Shown here piece after piece: positions 44,868 through 55,083 of a DNA stretch of 64,000 nt. Both the position numbers and the translations under genes were made by a program. Position 1 is the stretch's first letter. Each line of letters begins with the position of its first letter. The notes below the pieces were generated by a model. It searched no databases. It worked only from the letters and a program-made list of their open reading frames with translations, and had not been told where the DNA came from. This DNA is from a virus (lineage: Duplodnaviria > Heunggongvirae > Uroviricota > Caudoviricetes): the IMG/VR virus record IMGVR_UViG_3300023202_000061; one strand, written 5' to 3'.

Positions 44868-45850
44868 AGTGGCAAGTAAAAGCAGGAATTATTGGTGGAG
44901 TGCTTCTCCTCATTATGGGCTTGGCTTTTGTTGTAAAGTATCAGTACGACAAAATTCAAGAGCTGAAAGCAACAACGACCAAGGTAGTTGAGCAGAAAGA
45001 TATTGGTAATGGGATTACTCGTTCTGAGTCCAAACAACTGACCCGTAAGGAACTTGAAAAACTCATCAAAGAGAAGTATCCTGACTTGGCTCTTATCAAA
45101 AAAGATATGAGAGAAAATGGAGCCAAAATGAAGGGGTTTCATACTGTAAGTATTGTTACTCCTGGTCTTGAGGAAACCAACCTCCCCTCAACCGATAGCA
45201 CTCCCTCTACAGATCCGAAGGCTCCTAAGCCTGGAGACTCTGTAATTGATAGATATGGGTATTTTGGAAGTACTCAATGGATTGAACTGAAGGAGCCTTT
45301 TTCTGATGGTACCAAGGTTCCTTATGGAAGAGCTGGTTTCTCAGCCGCACAAGAAAACCCTTGGTCTCTTGAGGTAACATCAAGAGAGTATTCTGCAACT
45401 ACGGTTATTGGAGAAGACAAGGAGGGAAGGCGTATTGCGTACTCTCGCGTTACCATCACAGCAGATGGAGAAACATACACAGTTCCGATCAGTGAGAATA
45501 AGCTGGTCGAGGAGTACCCAAAAGCAAAGTTTCGTTTCAATCCAAAGTTGAATCTTGGAGTTCAGTTCGGAGCTGTTGCAAACCCTCCAGCACATGCAGA
45601 GGTTACTCCAAATGTTGATATCACACTCTTCTCATTTGGAAAATCAAAAGAAAATCCCAGTTGGACATTTTTGGGTGTCGGTGCTGGATATGCAACTCAA
45701 ACTCAGGCTCCGGTTTTAACTGTTGCCCCTGTAAGATACAATGTGGGTGAACCTTTGCCATTAATGAACAACCTTCATCTAGGACCTTCTGTGTCTCTGG
45801 ATGTTGACGGAAATATCGGAATTTACATAGGAATTGCAGTTGGGCTCTAA
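44864..45850 (+). CDS. hypothetical membrane-anchored protein
   Basis: 328 aa, N-terminal TM helix. Confidence 0.5.
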   Translation: MKWQVKAGIIGGVLLLIMGLAFVVKYQYDKIQELKATTTKVVEQKDIGNGITRSESKQLTRKELEKLIKEKYPDLALIKKDMRENGAKMKGFHTVSIVTPGLEETNLPSTDSTPSTDPKAPKPGDSVIDRYGYFGSTQWIELKEPFSDGTKVPYGRAGFSAAQENPWSLEVTSREYSATTVIGEDKEGRRIAYSRVTITADGETYTVPISENKLVEEYPKAKFRFNPKLNLGVQFGAVANPPAHAEVTPNVDITLFSFGKSKENPSWTFLGVGAGYATQTQAPVLTVAPVRYNVGEPLPLMNNLHLGPSVSLDVDGNIGIYIGIAVGL

Positions 45851-46037
45851 AGGATTACGTTCAGTTGAAGACTTTATTTTGTTCCTTGTTAGAAACGGCA
45901 GAGCGAACACTAAAAATGAGGTATTGAAAAAACTAGGCATTTTTGGGTTTGAAGTAAAGGAAATAAAACAGGCACAGTTGATGCTTATCGCAAATGGTAA
46001 GCTAAAGTGCAAAGGTAACACTATCAGTATTGCCTGA
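45834..46037 (+). CDS. hypothetical small protein
   Basis: 67-aa ORF. Confidence 0.35.
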   Translation: MQLGSKGLRSVEDFILFLVRNGRANTKNEVLKKLGIFGFEVKEIKQAQLMLIANGKLKCKGNTISIA

Positions 46038-46041
46038 GTAC

Positions 46042-46124
46042 GGTAGGTCAAGCAGATTGGCGACTGCACCCGGTTCGAATCCGGACGAGCGCAAGCCTTG
46101 GGAGTTCGATTCTCTCACCTACCG
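46042..46124 (+). tRNA. tRNA-Ser(CGA), type II
   Basis: acceptor GGTAGGT/ACCTACC, anticodon stem CCGG/CCGG, loop TTCGAAT, long variable arm, T-arm GGGAGTTCGATTCTCTC. Confidence 0.6.
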
Positions 46125-46169
46125 CGAATAACACTGTGCCGCTTAATCTCAAACCAATGAGGTGATCAA

Positions 46170-46484
46170 ATGGCAACATTGTTGATGATTCTTGGAATTG
46201 TTTCGCTCGCAGGGTTTCTCTGCTTGTTAGCAAATGGCACTCTTTTCAAACCAGAAGACTTAGAGACCATAAGGAAAACCTGGAGGCTTTTACATGCAGA
46301 GAGATGTGAGGCCAATTCATGTTTTGCAATACTTACAGTCGAGACTCCAAACGGGATTCGAAGATTTCACGGACGCTGTCATTACCGTGACGCAGAAACA
46401 TCTGCTGCTTGTTCTACACAGCAGATGAAAGTACTAGAAGAATTTTGGCAAAAAGCTGATTCAGAAGGAAAATTTGATGAGTAA
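46170..46484 (+). CDS. hypothetical protein with N-terminal TM segment
   Basis: 104-aa ORF. Confidence 0.45.
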   Translation: MATLLMILGIVSLAGFLCLLANGTLFKPEDLETIRKTWRLLHAERCEANSCFAILTVETPNGIRRFHGRCHYRDAETSAACSTQQMKVLEEFWQKADSEGKFDE

Positions 46485-46881
46485 AAGAGCAATTGTAAAC
46501 TCTGGTTCTAGAAAGATTATTGGAGACGTTGAGGAGTTTGGTGACGGACCTCTGCCAGGACCTGGAAATATCACGACAATCAAGAATGCATGGGAACTTC
46601 GCTGTGACATGTTTCTTGTTCCAACCCCTCAGGGTCCAATTGCAATGAACAAGACTTCATGTGTTCCAATTGATGCAGAAGAGGAAGAGACAGAAATCAC
46701 TGTGATGATTGATAACATCCGATATTACGATGATATGAAAGATCGTGGGAGGAAGTACGAACTTCTTATTGACGAAATCAAGGAAGTCATGCTACAGACT
46801 CGGGCCAATAGGGCTGGAATTCAGACAGCCTCTCAGGCTCCCCAGGCACCACAAAAGAGTGATTCGGGGATCATACTTTGA
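46474..46881 (+). CDS. hypothetical protein
   Basis: 135-aa ORF. Confidence 0.45.
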   Translation: MMSKRAIVNSGSRKIIGDVEEFGDGPLPGPGNITTIKNAWELRCDMFLVPTPQGPIAMNKTSCVPIDAEEEETEITVMIDNIRYYDDMKDRGRKYELLIDEIKEVMLQTRANRAGIQTASQAPQAPQKSDSGIIL

Positions 46882-47525
46882 TGGATAGGAGGAGATTCTT
46901 TCAATCTCTAGGCGTTGTAGCTGGAGCCACGGCTGTGGTTCCGGCTGTCGTAGCTTCTTCTCCTGTTGCTGCGACTGTTGAGCGTTCAATGCAATCTGTT
47001 GATAAGATGATTGCTGCTCTTGAAAATGTACAGTGGTCAGTTTGGACTAAAAGCAAGAAGTATGGAAATCCTCATTGGGTACACACTCTTGGAGTAAGAA
47101 AAGCTATAGTTTATGAATCAAAAGAGAAGATTAAAGAATACAAGAATATTCTTGATGATTTGAAACAAGACTTGTTTGTTTCAACAGGAATATGTAATGA
47201 CTACATATCTAAATTTTCTGATGAGCAAACAAAACAGTTTGAAAAAATTGTTTACCATATAAATGATGAGGTTTTACATCTTCAAGATGAAGCAAATGAA
47301 GTTCTTGCTGTTGTCGATAAATACAATAACGCCGTAGGTAAGAGAGATTCTAAAGAGCTTATCAATATTCAACAAAATTTGGTTCAACACTATGGACCAA
47401 AAACGGTGGTTCATGTTCATACACTAAAACCAATAACCACCAAAGAATATATAGCCAATAAAGACACTGGTCCTTACAAAGATGACGTTAAACAATACGT
47501 AGAGAAATTAAGGAAGAAATCATGA
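46878..47525 (+). CDS. hypothetical protein with twin-arginine (Tat)-like signal peptide
   Basis: MMDRRRFFQSLGVVAGATAVVPAVVAS. Confidence 0.5.
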   Translation: MMDRRRFFQSLGVVAGATAVVPAVVASSPVAATVERSMQSVDKMIAALENVQWSVWTKSKKYGNPHWVHTLGVRKAIVYESKEKIKEYKNILDDLKQDLFVSTGICNDYISKFSDEQTKQFEKIVYHINDEVLHLQDEANEVLAVVDKYNNAVGKRDSKELINIQQNLVQHYGPKTVVHVHTLKPITTKEYIANKDTGPYKDDVKQYVEKLRKKS

Positions 47526-47627
47526 AGACATCTCAAGAGTGGTGGGAAGAAGTTAAGAACGATGATGCTAAGTTACCAAAAATGCACATGAGAAAGGAAG
47601 AGAGATTCTAGGTCTCTCTGCATAAGC

Positions 47628-48032
47628 ATGTCTCAAACATTTGCAATGATAAAGCCGGACGCTGTTGCCAAGGGCGTGGCGCTTGGATGTATTCTTACTC
47701 ACATCTCATTAGAAGGTTTCGAGATTTCACAAATGCGTCTGGTCAATATGACACTAGAACAGGCTCGGCAATTTTATGAAGTCCATTCTGATAAGCCATT
47801 CTATGATTCTCTTTGTGAGTTCATGTCTTCGGGACCAAGTGTTGTAATGGTTCTCTCAAGAGATGATGCGGTCAAATACTGGCGAAAGGTTATTGGTGCA
47901 ACCAATCCTAAAGAGGCTGGGTTCAATACGATCAGGCAAAACTGGGGTGATTCCATTGATCGTAATGCTGTTCACGGATCTGATTCTGATGAAAATGCGG
48001 AAAAGGAAATTGCATTCTGGTTTGGCAAATAA
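47628..48032 (+). CDS. ndk: nucleoside diphosphate kinase
   Basis: FAMIKPDAV, NAVHGSDS motifs. Confidence 0.85.
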   Translation: MSQTFAMIKPDAVAKGVALGCILTHISLEGFEISQMRLVNMTLEQARQFYEVHSDKPFYDSLCEFMSSGPSVVMVLSRDDAVKYWRKVIGATNPKEAGFNTIRQNWGDSIDRNAVHGSDSDENAEKEIAFWFGK

Positions 48033-48294
48033 TTCTAAACCGAAAATATACTTACGAGGATTGCTTAAATCCCCCGATCAATACAAAGTAGTAGAAGGCG
48101 CGACCTTACCCAATTTCATTGTTAAGGTAAATAAAGGTGATGTCGTAGCCGTCGAGAACTCTGACGGGATCAGATACTTTAAAGCCAAAGAAAAGGTTAG
48201 AACAACCTATGATGGTAAGAAGTGGCACCTATCCAATAAAGATGATAAGTTCACTGATATAACCCCTTAATGGGTATAAATCCAAAAGGAAAAA

Positions 48295-49017
48295 ATGACT
48301 GATAAAAATCTAACAGAAATTGTTGCTATCATCGACCGATCTGGTTCGATGCAGAACTTATCCTCTGATACTATTGGAGGGTTCAACAGCTTTATTGAAT
48401 CTCAGAAAAACACTGAAGGTAGAGCACTCATTACTCGTGTCCAGTTTGATGACGAGTATCAAATCGACTATCAGGGTGTTGATGTAAATGAAGCCCCTCT
48501 TCTTGACGAATCATCATACACCCCTCGCGGCACCACTGCATTGTTTGATGCAGTTGGCAGGACAGTAAATACAATTGGTCAGCGTCTTGCTGCAACTCCC
48601 GAGCATGAACGTCCTGGACAGGTAATTTTTGTAATCATCACTGATGGTTTAGAAAATGCCTCTAAAGAATTTGGCTCTCGTGCTGATGGAGGATCAAAAC
48701 TTCGTGATATGGTAAACCATCAGATTGAAAAGTACTCATGGCAGTTCATCTATCTTGGTGGTGGAGATCTTGAATCTCAGAAAAAGCAGGGCGCATCTCT
48801 TGGTATTCGCACCTCCAATGTTTATGGTTATTCCAATAACTCTGGCGGAACTAAGGCTTTGTACACAAATGTAGGTGCTGCACTTTCTCGTAGGAGAATG
48901 GGAGCTGCTGCGGGAGCTGTTTATTCAGCTGACGCATCTGTTCTTAATAAACAGGAAGCAGAATCTCTCATTGTTGATGATAATAAGGCACCATCTGTCA
49001 AGCTAACCTCTGAATAA
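48295..49017 (+). CDS. von Willebrand factor A (vWA) domain protein
   Basis: MIDAS motif IVAIIDRSGSM, later TDG motif. Confidence 0.7.
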   Translation: MTDKNLTEIVAIIDRSGSMQNLSSDTIGGFNSFIESQKNTEGRALITRVQFDDEYQIDYQGVDVNEAPLLDESSYTPRGTTALFDAVGRTVNTIGQRLAATPEHERPGQVIFVIITDGLENASKEFGSRADGGSKLRDMVNHQIEKYSWQFIYLGGGDLESQKKQGASLGIRTSNVYGYSNNSGGTKALYTNVGAALSRRRMGAAAGAVYSADASVLNKQEAESLIVDDNKAPSVKLTSE

Positions 49018-49031
49018 AGTAGCATGTTGAT

Positions 49032-49310
49032 ATGAAGATCCTGAATGATGAAGGTCAAATAATAGGCGAATGTGAAATTGTAGATCAAACTAAAGATGTA
49101 ATTTGCTGCAAAAGCGTAGTGTTAGAACTCACAGCCTCTTGTCCTGAAGTCAAAAAAATGTCATTCGCCTTTGATGAGGCTGATGGAGAATACAGGATCA
49201 CGAATGTGCCAGTGTTCTTTTCCAACAAAGAAAAGACCATCATGGCAACGTACAATATCTCCTCTGGAAATACTCCTGCCGGAGGGTACGTTCTCTTCGA
49301 AAAGGCTTGA
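49032..49310 (+). CDS. hypothetical protein
   Basis: 92-aa ORF. Confidence 0.45.
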   Translation: MKILNDEGQIIGECEIVDQTKDVICCKSVVLELTASCPEVKKMSFAFDEADGEYRITNVPVFFSNKEKTIMATYNISSGNTPAGGYVLFEKA

Positions 49311-49395
49311 CTTTTTCGTCTGTACATGGGACCTTTTGAGGGTCGAGTTGCTGCTCGATTTGCGGTCCTTTCTGGTTCGTTTTGTGGTTGAAGGT

Positions 49396-49431
49396 GAGAA
49401 GCCCCTGGAGAAATCTGGGGGCTTCTTTTTG
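49396..49431 (+). terminator. rho-independent terminator GAGAAGCCCC...GGGGCTTCTTTTT
   Basis: 9-bp GC-rich stem followed by T5. Confidence 0.7.
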
Positions 49432-49739
49432 TCTTGACTTCTGTGCAGTACTATGCTAGTGCTGCTGGAGCCGAGTAGAACGAAAAGGCACGAAAAGATC
49501 GAGTATATCGAAAACCTAGTACATTTCTCCCCGTGCATTTGCACCCGGAGTGATCGAAGTGCCAGTAAATGAAAAGTCAATTAGTTGTACGAAGTAGTTC
49601 GAAAGGCTCTAATTTTCCACAGACCCCCTTGTCAGTTCTTGGGGTGTGGTTATAGTACAAAGCATGGAACACTAGAACCTCAAATCTATCCGTTGGCCCC
49701 GTGGCCCTCCTGTAGCTCAAACCTTTCAGTACAAATCGT

Positions 49740-50246
49740 TTGAACCGTTTGAAGAACAATATTAACTACAGGAGAATTACAATGAACATTAACGGAAAAA
49801 CTAGAAAAGACCTTATCAAGGCATACCGTAAAAAGGTAGAAAATGGAAAATGTGCAGGCCGATGGGAGTTGCTTGCATATGCATTCTTGCGTGATGTGCC
49901 ATACATCAATCTGGAACGTATTACCAATGAAGACAAATTTCCTGATGATGGAGCTTTGACTTTTATTCAAACTCTAGCGATGTGGGTCGCTGGTGATATC
50001 ATCTGTACTGCATATGGCAAATCTAAGTGGAGTATGCATAATGAATTTCGAGAAGCAGAATGGGCGCTAGAACATCCTCCAACTCTTCTCAGGAAATTCA
50101 AGACCATGTTTGTAGATAAAGATGGACATCTTGCAGAGATCAGAGAGAAAAAGAAAGAACTCTCTGATGTCATCATGCAGATCGAAACTGAGATCCATGA
50201 GTGGATGAAAGAGAAGTACAAAAAGGAGGAACAGAAAGTTGCATAG
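49740..50246 (+). CDS. hypothetical protein
   Basis: 168-aa ORF after a 430-bp intergenic region. Confidence 0.5.
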   Translation: MNRLKNNINYRRITMNINGKTRKDLIKAYRKKVENGKCAGRWELLAYAFLRDVPYINLERITNEDKFPDDGALTFIQTLAMWVAGDIICTAYGKSKWSMHNEFREAEWALEHPPTLLRKFKTMFVDKDGHLAEIREKKKELSDVIMQIETEIHEWMKEKYKKEEQKVA

Positions 50247-50309
50247 GGTGACAAGCTCTATATAATTACCAGGAGAGATATCGATCCTGGGTACCAAGGT
50301 GTACAGTCC

Positions 50310-50570
50310 ATGCATGCTCTCCGAGAGTTCGTCAGTGACCATCCTGAAGTCGATCAGTGCTGGTACAAGAATTCGAACTACCTCGGCTGGCTCTCGACTT
50401 CGGATGAATCCGCACTGATTTCTTTGTTGACAAAAGCTGCTGAGCAGGGTATTCGTCACAGCTCCTTCAGAGAACCAGATATTGGGAATAAGGTTACTGC
50501 CATCGCTTTGGAGCCGGGAGAGAAGACACGCAGGTTGTGCGCAAACCTGCAGCTAGCATTACGCTCTTGA
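50310..50570 (+). CDS. hypothetical protein
   Basis: 86-aa ORF. Confidence 0.4.
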   Translation: MHALREFVSDHPEVDQCWYKNSNYLGWLSTSDESALISLLTKAAEQGIRHSSFREPDIGNKVTAIALEPGEKTRRLCANLQLALRS

Positions 50571-50604
50571 AAAAACAGGGGTGAGCTGGCAAAGCCACCC
50601 CTCC

Positions 50605-50676
50605 GGACCTATAGCTCAGTGGTAGAGCAGAGAGTTCTAAACTCTTTGGTCCAGGGTTCAATTCCCTGTGGGTCCT
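50605..50676 (+). tRNA. suppressor tRNA, anticodon CTA (reads UAG amber)
   Basis: acceptor GGACCTA/TGGGTCC, D-arm GCTCAGTGGTAGAGC, anticodon stem GAGAG/CTCTT, loop TTCTAAA (U33, C34 U35 A36, A37), T-arm CAGGGTTCAATTCCCTG. Confidence 0.65.
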
Positions 50677-50759
50677 CAAATACAATGACCAACATCAAGA
50701 TTCACACCGAAAAGATTAAGGTTTTTATTTCCAAAATCATTTCGGTTTGATATACCTTT

Positions 50760-50844
50760 GGTCCCTTGGCGGAACTGGCGAGACGCGGGGGATTTAAAAT
50801 CCCCTGATCACTTGATCATCCCGGTTCGAATCCGGGAGGGACTA
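50760..50844 (+). tRNA. tRNA-Leu(TAA), type II, second copy
   Basis: acceptor GGTCCCT/AGGGACT, anticodon stem GGGGA/TCCCC, loop TTTAAAA, palindromic variable arm, encoded CCA. Confidence 0.6.
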
Positions 50845-50897
50845 CCATATCAACATTGCCAAGCACATAGTGCAAATAAACCAGAGAAGAAAACAAG

Positions 50898-52391
50898 ATG
50901 AATAAAAAAGAACGTCAGGAATATGAAGAGAAGATTCTCAAAGATCTTTCAGTGGAGCGTCAGGGAAAGAAGCTCATCGTACCAGAGGGTGTTGAGCTAA
51001 GCATTGCAGTCAAAGCTTTGCAGCTCAAACAAGAAGAAGAGGAAGAATTCAACGCTGTTTCCTGGGACTTTGAATATGGAGTTGCAGAAGGTATGGTGGC
51101 ATTCCTTCGTACTCTTGAGAAGCAGTTCGGTTTCGTATCTGCTCGCCCCACGCCTACCTTCTTTGGTAATCGCCCTCCTCAGTTCCTTGGAATTGAGACT
51201 GCACCAGGTCATCAAGAGTCTGTTCCTTTCGGACGACTCAATGTTCCTGGTATTAATGGATGGCTGGAACCCACTTACAACATCAAGAAGGGCAAAGTTG
51301 TCTTTAAGATTCATGGTGAGATCAAAGGCAAACACCGTGTAAAGGCAGATGTCATCATTGAGGCTGTGAGAAGGGAGTGCAAAGATAACTCCATCTATAA
51401 AGGTCAGGCAATTGAGACTTCATTCCCCGAGATTGAAGATCTCAACTCTTTGGGAGATACTTTCCCCACCTTTGCTAAGCTCAACAAGATTGATTTGGAT
51501 GACATCATTTTCAGCAAGGTTGTTTCTGACAAGATTATGGTTTCTCTGTTCATGCCTATCATGCACAGTGAACGTTGTCGCAAGCATGAAGTTCCGCTCA
51601 AGCGCGGCATTCTTCTTGAAGGCCCTTACGGTGTTGGTAAGACCCTCACCGCAGCTGCTACGGCAGCCCTTTGTAAGGAAAACAACTGGACTTTCATCTA
51701 TCTAAAGGATGTGACTAAGCTTGCACAGGCGTACTCTTTCGCTGAACAGTATCAGCCTGCCGTCATCTTTGCAGAGGACATCGATCAGATTGTCAAAAAC
51801 AAAGATCCTGAACATCGAGATGATGAAATCAACAACGTGCTCAACGCACTTGATGGAATTGACTCTAAGGGCATTGAGGTTATCACTGTTCTGACCACGA
51901 ACAATGTTCAGAACCTCACCAAGGCAATGCTTCGTCCCGGTCGTTTGGATACCGTTGTTTCGGTTCGTCCCCCAGATGCAGACGCAGCTCAACAATTGGT
52001 TCGTCTATTCGGTGGCGATCTTATTGCAGCGGACGAAGATCTCTCATCTGTTGGAGATATTCTTAAGGGAGAGATTCCCGCTCTCATCAGAGAGGTTGTG
52101 GAGCGCTCCAAGCTTGCAGCAATGCGTCGTGAGCAGGAAGATGAAAACCTCAGAATTGTCGCTGAGGACATCAAGGTTACGGCAGAGGGTATGAAGGATC
52201 ACATGAATCTTCTCAAGAAGAAGGATCCGGATAACCGCTCCGAGCGCGAGAAGGCTGCTGGCGTCATTGCTTCGGCAACAGTTGCTGCTGAGCAGATCAA
52301 GCAAGGCAAGGACATCAAGGAAGTTCTTGAGGATCTTCCCGATCTCAAGAGAGCAACTCAGAAGCCAGACGAGCTGCCTTTCGCTAACTAA
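50898..52391 (+). CDS. AAA+ ATPase (classic AAA family)
   Basis: Walker A GPYGVGKT, Walker B IFAEDID, second region of homology TTNNVQNLTKAMLRPGRLD. Confidence 0.75.
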   Translation: MNKKERQEYEEKILKDLSVERQGKKLIVPEGVELSIAVKALQLKQEEEEEFNAVSWDFEYGVAEGMVAFLRTLEKQFGFVSARPTPTFFGNRPPQFLGIETAPGHQESVPFGRLNVPGINGWLEPTYNIKKGKVVFKIHGEIKGKHRVKADVIIEAVRRECKDNSIYKGQAIETSFPEIEDLNSLGDTFPTFAKLNKIDLDDIIFSKVVSDKIMVSLFMPIMHSERCRKHEVPLKRGILLEGPYGVGKTLTAAATAALCKENNWTFIYLKDVTKLAQAYSFAEQYQPAVIFAEDIDQIVKNKDPEHRDDEINNVLNALDGIDSKGIEVITVLTTNNVQNLTKAMLRPGRLDTVVSVRPPDADAAQQLVRLFGGDLIAADEDLSSVGDILKGEIPALIREVVERSKLAAMRREQEDENLRIVAEDIKVTAEGMKDHMNLLKKKDPDNRSEREKAAGVIASATVAAEQIKQGKDIKEVLEDLPDLKRATQKPDELPFAN

Positions 52392-52403
52392 GCAAACCAG
52401 TGA

Positions 52404-52438
52404 AGAAGCCCACATGATAATTCATGTGGGCTTTTTTG
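52404..52438 (+). terminator. rho-independent terminator AAGCCCACATGA...TCATGTGGGCTTTTTTG
   Basis: 12-bp stem followed by T6. Confidence 0.7.
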
Positions 52439-52525
52439 CGTCTTTTTATAGCTATCAAAAAGGTTCATTTGTAATTTCTTATGCAGGTCGAGCCCTGAGA
52501 CCATGCCCCTGTTCCCATCAGGAGC

Positions 52526-53872
52526 ATGGCTAAAAAATACAGGATTCAATCATCAACCCCTTGGGGAACGAACCCCAATGAAGAAGAGGGCAATGTGGGG
52601 TTCAACCCCAAAAAGATAACTGATAATAAATCTATCTTTTACTCTATAGCCTCAATTGGTTCTATCTCTAGATATGTCGGCATGATTGGAGATCGTCTTC
52701 ACATGTTACCAAAACCAGGAGAGAAGGACTTTCTGAAGAAGTTGAAACTATTTACATTCTTCTGGCAAATATTTCAAAATGCAATCATCTCTTCTCCAAA
52801 GCTATTTGAAAGAAGAGGGATCAGGAAAATAACATTTGGAGCTTCCGACAGTATCATCTACGATCTTATGAGTGAGATTCTAGAACCTGATGAAGTATAC
52901 AGACCAAAGGGAGCTAACTATCCAGGCTCAGCACTTGCCAACCTTTACCGATTTGATCTTGGTGAAGAAAAATATGTTTATTGGTCAATCTATACTCATG
53001 ACCAAAACATCAAATCTGTTCATGTCACATCTGGCGTAAACAAGGATATTATCATTTCATTTTTATGGAAAAGGCTTGGAAAGGTTATTCAGCTTGATAC
53101 ATCAAATGATGATATTGGATATGTTAGAACTGAGCTGCACCAGAAAAAGATATATGGCTCATCCACTGAGATGATTTCTAAGCTCAAGAAGGATTACGAT
53201 CATTTCTATGATAATAAAATGTCTAGAGGGTATCTTCTAATTGGAAAGCCTGGTACTGGTAAAACTGGTATTGTCAATGCTATTGTATCTGAGGCAAAGG
53301 GAAGAGTGTTTGTCATATCTGGTCTTGGCTCTGTGAGTATGATCGAATCTATTGAAAGTCTTTCCACACACATGGAGCCAGACTTCATCATCTTTGATGA
53401 CTGTGATCGTTCTGCCAGCACCTCTCCATATGTTCGTGCGATTCTTAAGCTAATTGAGTCTGTAAAGGAAAAGAACCCTCATACTATGTTCTTGTTTACA
53501 GCCAATACATTCGATGGAATCTTAAGTGATGATGCTGTTACCAGGAAGGGGAGGATTGACCAGATTTATGAAATTCCTGAGCCCGGTCTAGAAGACCGCA
53601 AAGAAATCATTACCAGATATGCCGAGGAGTTTGGTGTTAAACTTTCAGATGAGGATCTGGATAAATGCATTCAAGAGTCTGATGGAATGACCGGCGCAGA
53701 CTTGAAAGAGCTTTGCATCCAGCTACAACGCGCAAGCATTGATGAGTGTTTTGAACAGAATCAGCTAATCGAGACGCTGAAAGAAAAGTACAAACCAGAT
53801 TTGTTTGGTAAGCTCAATGCTTACAACGATGATGATATCATGGATATCGGAACTACAAGAAGGAGAATGTAG
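52526..53872 (+). CDS. AAA+ ATPase (classic AAA family), second paralog
   Basis: Walker A GKPGTGKT, Walker B IIFDDCD, second region of homology with RKGRID. Confidence 0.7.
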   Translation: MAKKYRIQSSTPWGTNPNEEEGNVGFNPKKITDNKSIFYSIASIGSISRYVGMIGDRLHMLPKPGEKDFLKKLKLFTFFWQIFQNAIISSPKLFERRGIRKITFGASDSIIYDLMSEILEPDEVYRPKGANYPGSALANLYRFDLGEEKYVYWSIYTHDQNIKSVHVTSGVNKDIIISFLWKRLGKVIQLDTSNDDIGYVRTELHQKKIYGSSTEMISKLKKDYDHFYDNKMSRGYLLIGKPGTGKTGIVNAIVSEAKGRVFVISGLGSVSMIESIESLSTHMEPDFIIFDDCDRSASTSPYVRAILKLIESVKEKNPHTMFLFTANTFDGILSDDAVTRKGRIDQIYEIPEPGLEDRKEIITRYAEEFGVKLSDEDLDKCIQESDGMTGADLKELCIQLQRASIDECFEQNQLIETLKEKYKPDLFGKLNAYNDDDIMDIGTTRRRM

Positions 53873-54114
53873 TGGAGTTCTGCATTGGAATACTTGGAGT
53901 TGTTCTGCTCATCTTCATAGGCACTCTCAAGAAACCTAAAGGTGATAAATGAGATACAGAGGGCAGCTTCTGTTTTGCCTAGTTGGTATTCAGCTATGTA
54001 TCATTCTAAATGTGGGAGCTGTACATGTTGAAGCAGGGTTTATGCTTTTACTATTACTTTTACTTGCGGGTATCACCGGAATACATACAAGTAAGTATAT
54101 AGAAGAGAGGAAAA

Positions 54115-54339
54115 ATGATACCTAATAATGTACATGATCTGTTCTTGAACAGAAAGAACATTTCTGAAGATCAAAAGAAAAAACTATACGAGACACATAT
54201 CAATATGTTGTACAAAACAGCTTGTGACTTAGAGGTAAAGAGCAGTAAGCTAGAAAAAGAAGCTAAGCGCTTGCTTAACGAGAATCAAGACTGGGAAAGA
54301 AGATACTATGAGCTTAATACTAGGAATAACAGGACATAG
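54115..54339 (+). CDS. hypothetical coiled-coil protein
   Basis: 74-aa ORF. Confidence 0.4.
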   Translation: MIPNNVHDLFLNRKNISEDQKKKLYETHINMLYKTACDLEVKSSKLEKEAKRLLNENQDWERRYYELNTRNNRT

Positions 54340-54372
54340 ACCTCCTTCTTAGGCATACCTTGACATCATGGT

Positions 54373-55083
54373 ATGGGTCGTAAAAAAATTAATGATTGGG
54401 ATTTGGTTCTTCAAAAATATTACGAACTTGGTAGTTATAGAAAAACTGCCGAAGTTCTTTCTATGTCAAAAACAGGCGTTGAGTATATTGTAAAAAAGGT
54501 CGGCGATCCATTACCTCAACATAGAACAGGTAATCAGAATTCAATTAGAAAAGCTATAGCTAACAATCCTAATTCTCCATCTTCTAAGATCAGAGATCCT
54601 CAACTGATGGAAGAGTTATATCTAAACCAAAAACTGTCTTGTAAAGACATAGGTATACGATTAGGGATAGACCCATCAAGAGTTAAGGTTGGGTTAGAGC
54701 AGTGTGGAATAAAGCAAAGAACTTTAAGTGAGGAACTTAAAGGTAGACCAAGGCCTAATTCACAAGGATCTAAAAATCACAACTGGAAAGGCGGCCTAAC
54801 AGGATGGAGAAAATTATCCAGAGGAAGATTAAATGAACACTTCGTTAGGCCGATAATGGAAAGAGACAATTTTGCATGCCAATGGTGTGGTTCTAAAAAG
54901 AAAATCGTTGTTCATCATGATAAAAGGACATTCATGGAAATAGTTAGAAAAGTAGAGAGCAAAATAAGCAGAGAAGACGTAGAGGAATTTGTCAGTGGTA
55001 TAGTTGATGAACACGATTTATCAGATGGAATTACTTTGTGTAAGAAGTGTCATGACAGTCATCACAAGGATAACGGAAAGTGA
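54373..55083 (+). CDS. HNH homing endonuclease with N-terminal DNA-binding region
   Basis: CQWCGSKKKIVVHHD...CKKCHDSHH. Confidence 0.75.
   Translation: MGRKKINDWDLVLQKYYELGSYRKTAEVLSMSKTGVEYIVKKVGDPLPQHRTGNQNSIRKAIANNPNSPSSKIRDPQLMEELYLNQKLSCKDIGIRLGIDPSRVKVGLEQCGIKQRTLSEELKGRPRPNSQGSKNHNWKGGLTGWRKLSRGRLNEHFVRPIMERDNFACQWCGSKKKIVVHHDKRTFMEIVRKVESKISREDVEEFVSGIVDEHDLSDGITLCKKCHDSHHKDNGK

Noticed and set aside
47863-48270. 135-aa ORF overlapping the 3' half of ndk in another frame
   Set aside because: The in-ndk portion is implausible. At most a TTG-initiated 83-aa tail (about 48020-48270) could be real, and support is too weak to call.
49434-49470. TTGACT hexamer after the terminator as a possible sigma70-like promoter for the next operon
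   Set aside because: There is no acceptable -10 hexamer at 16-18 nt spacing. It is not reported as a feature.
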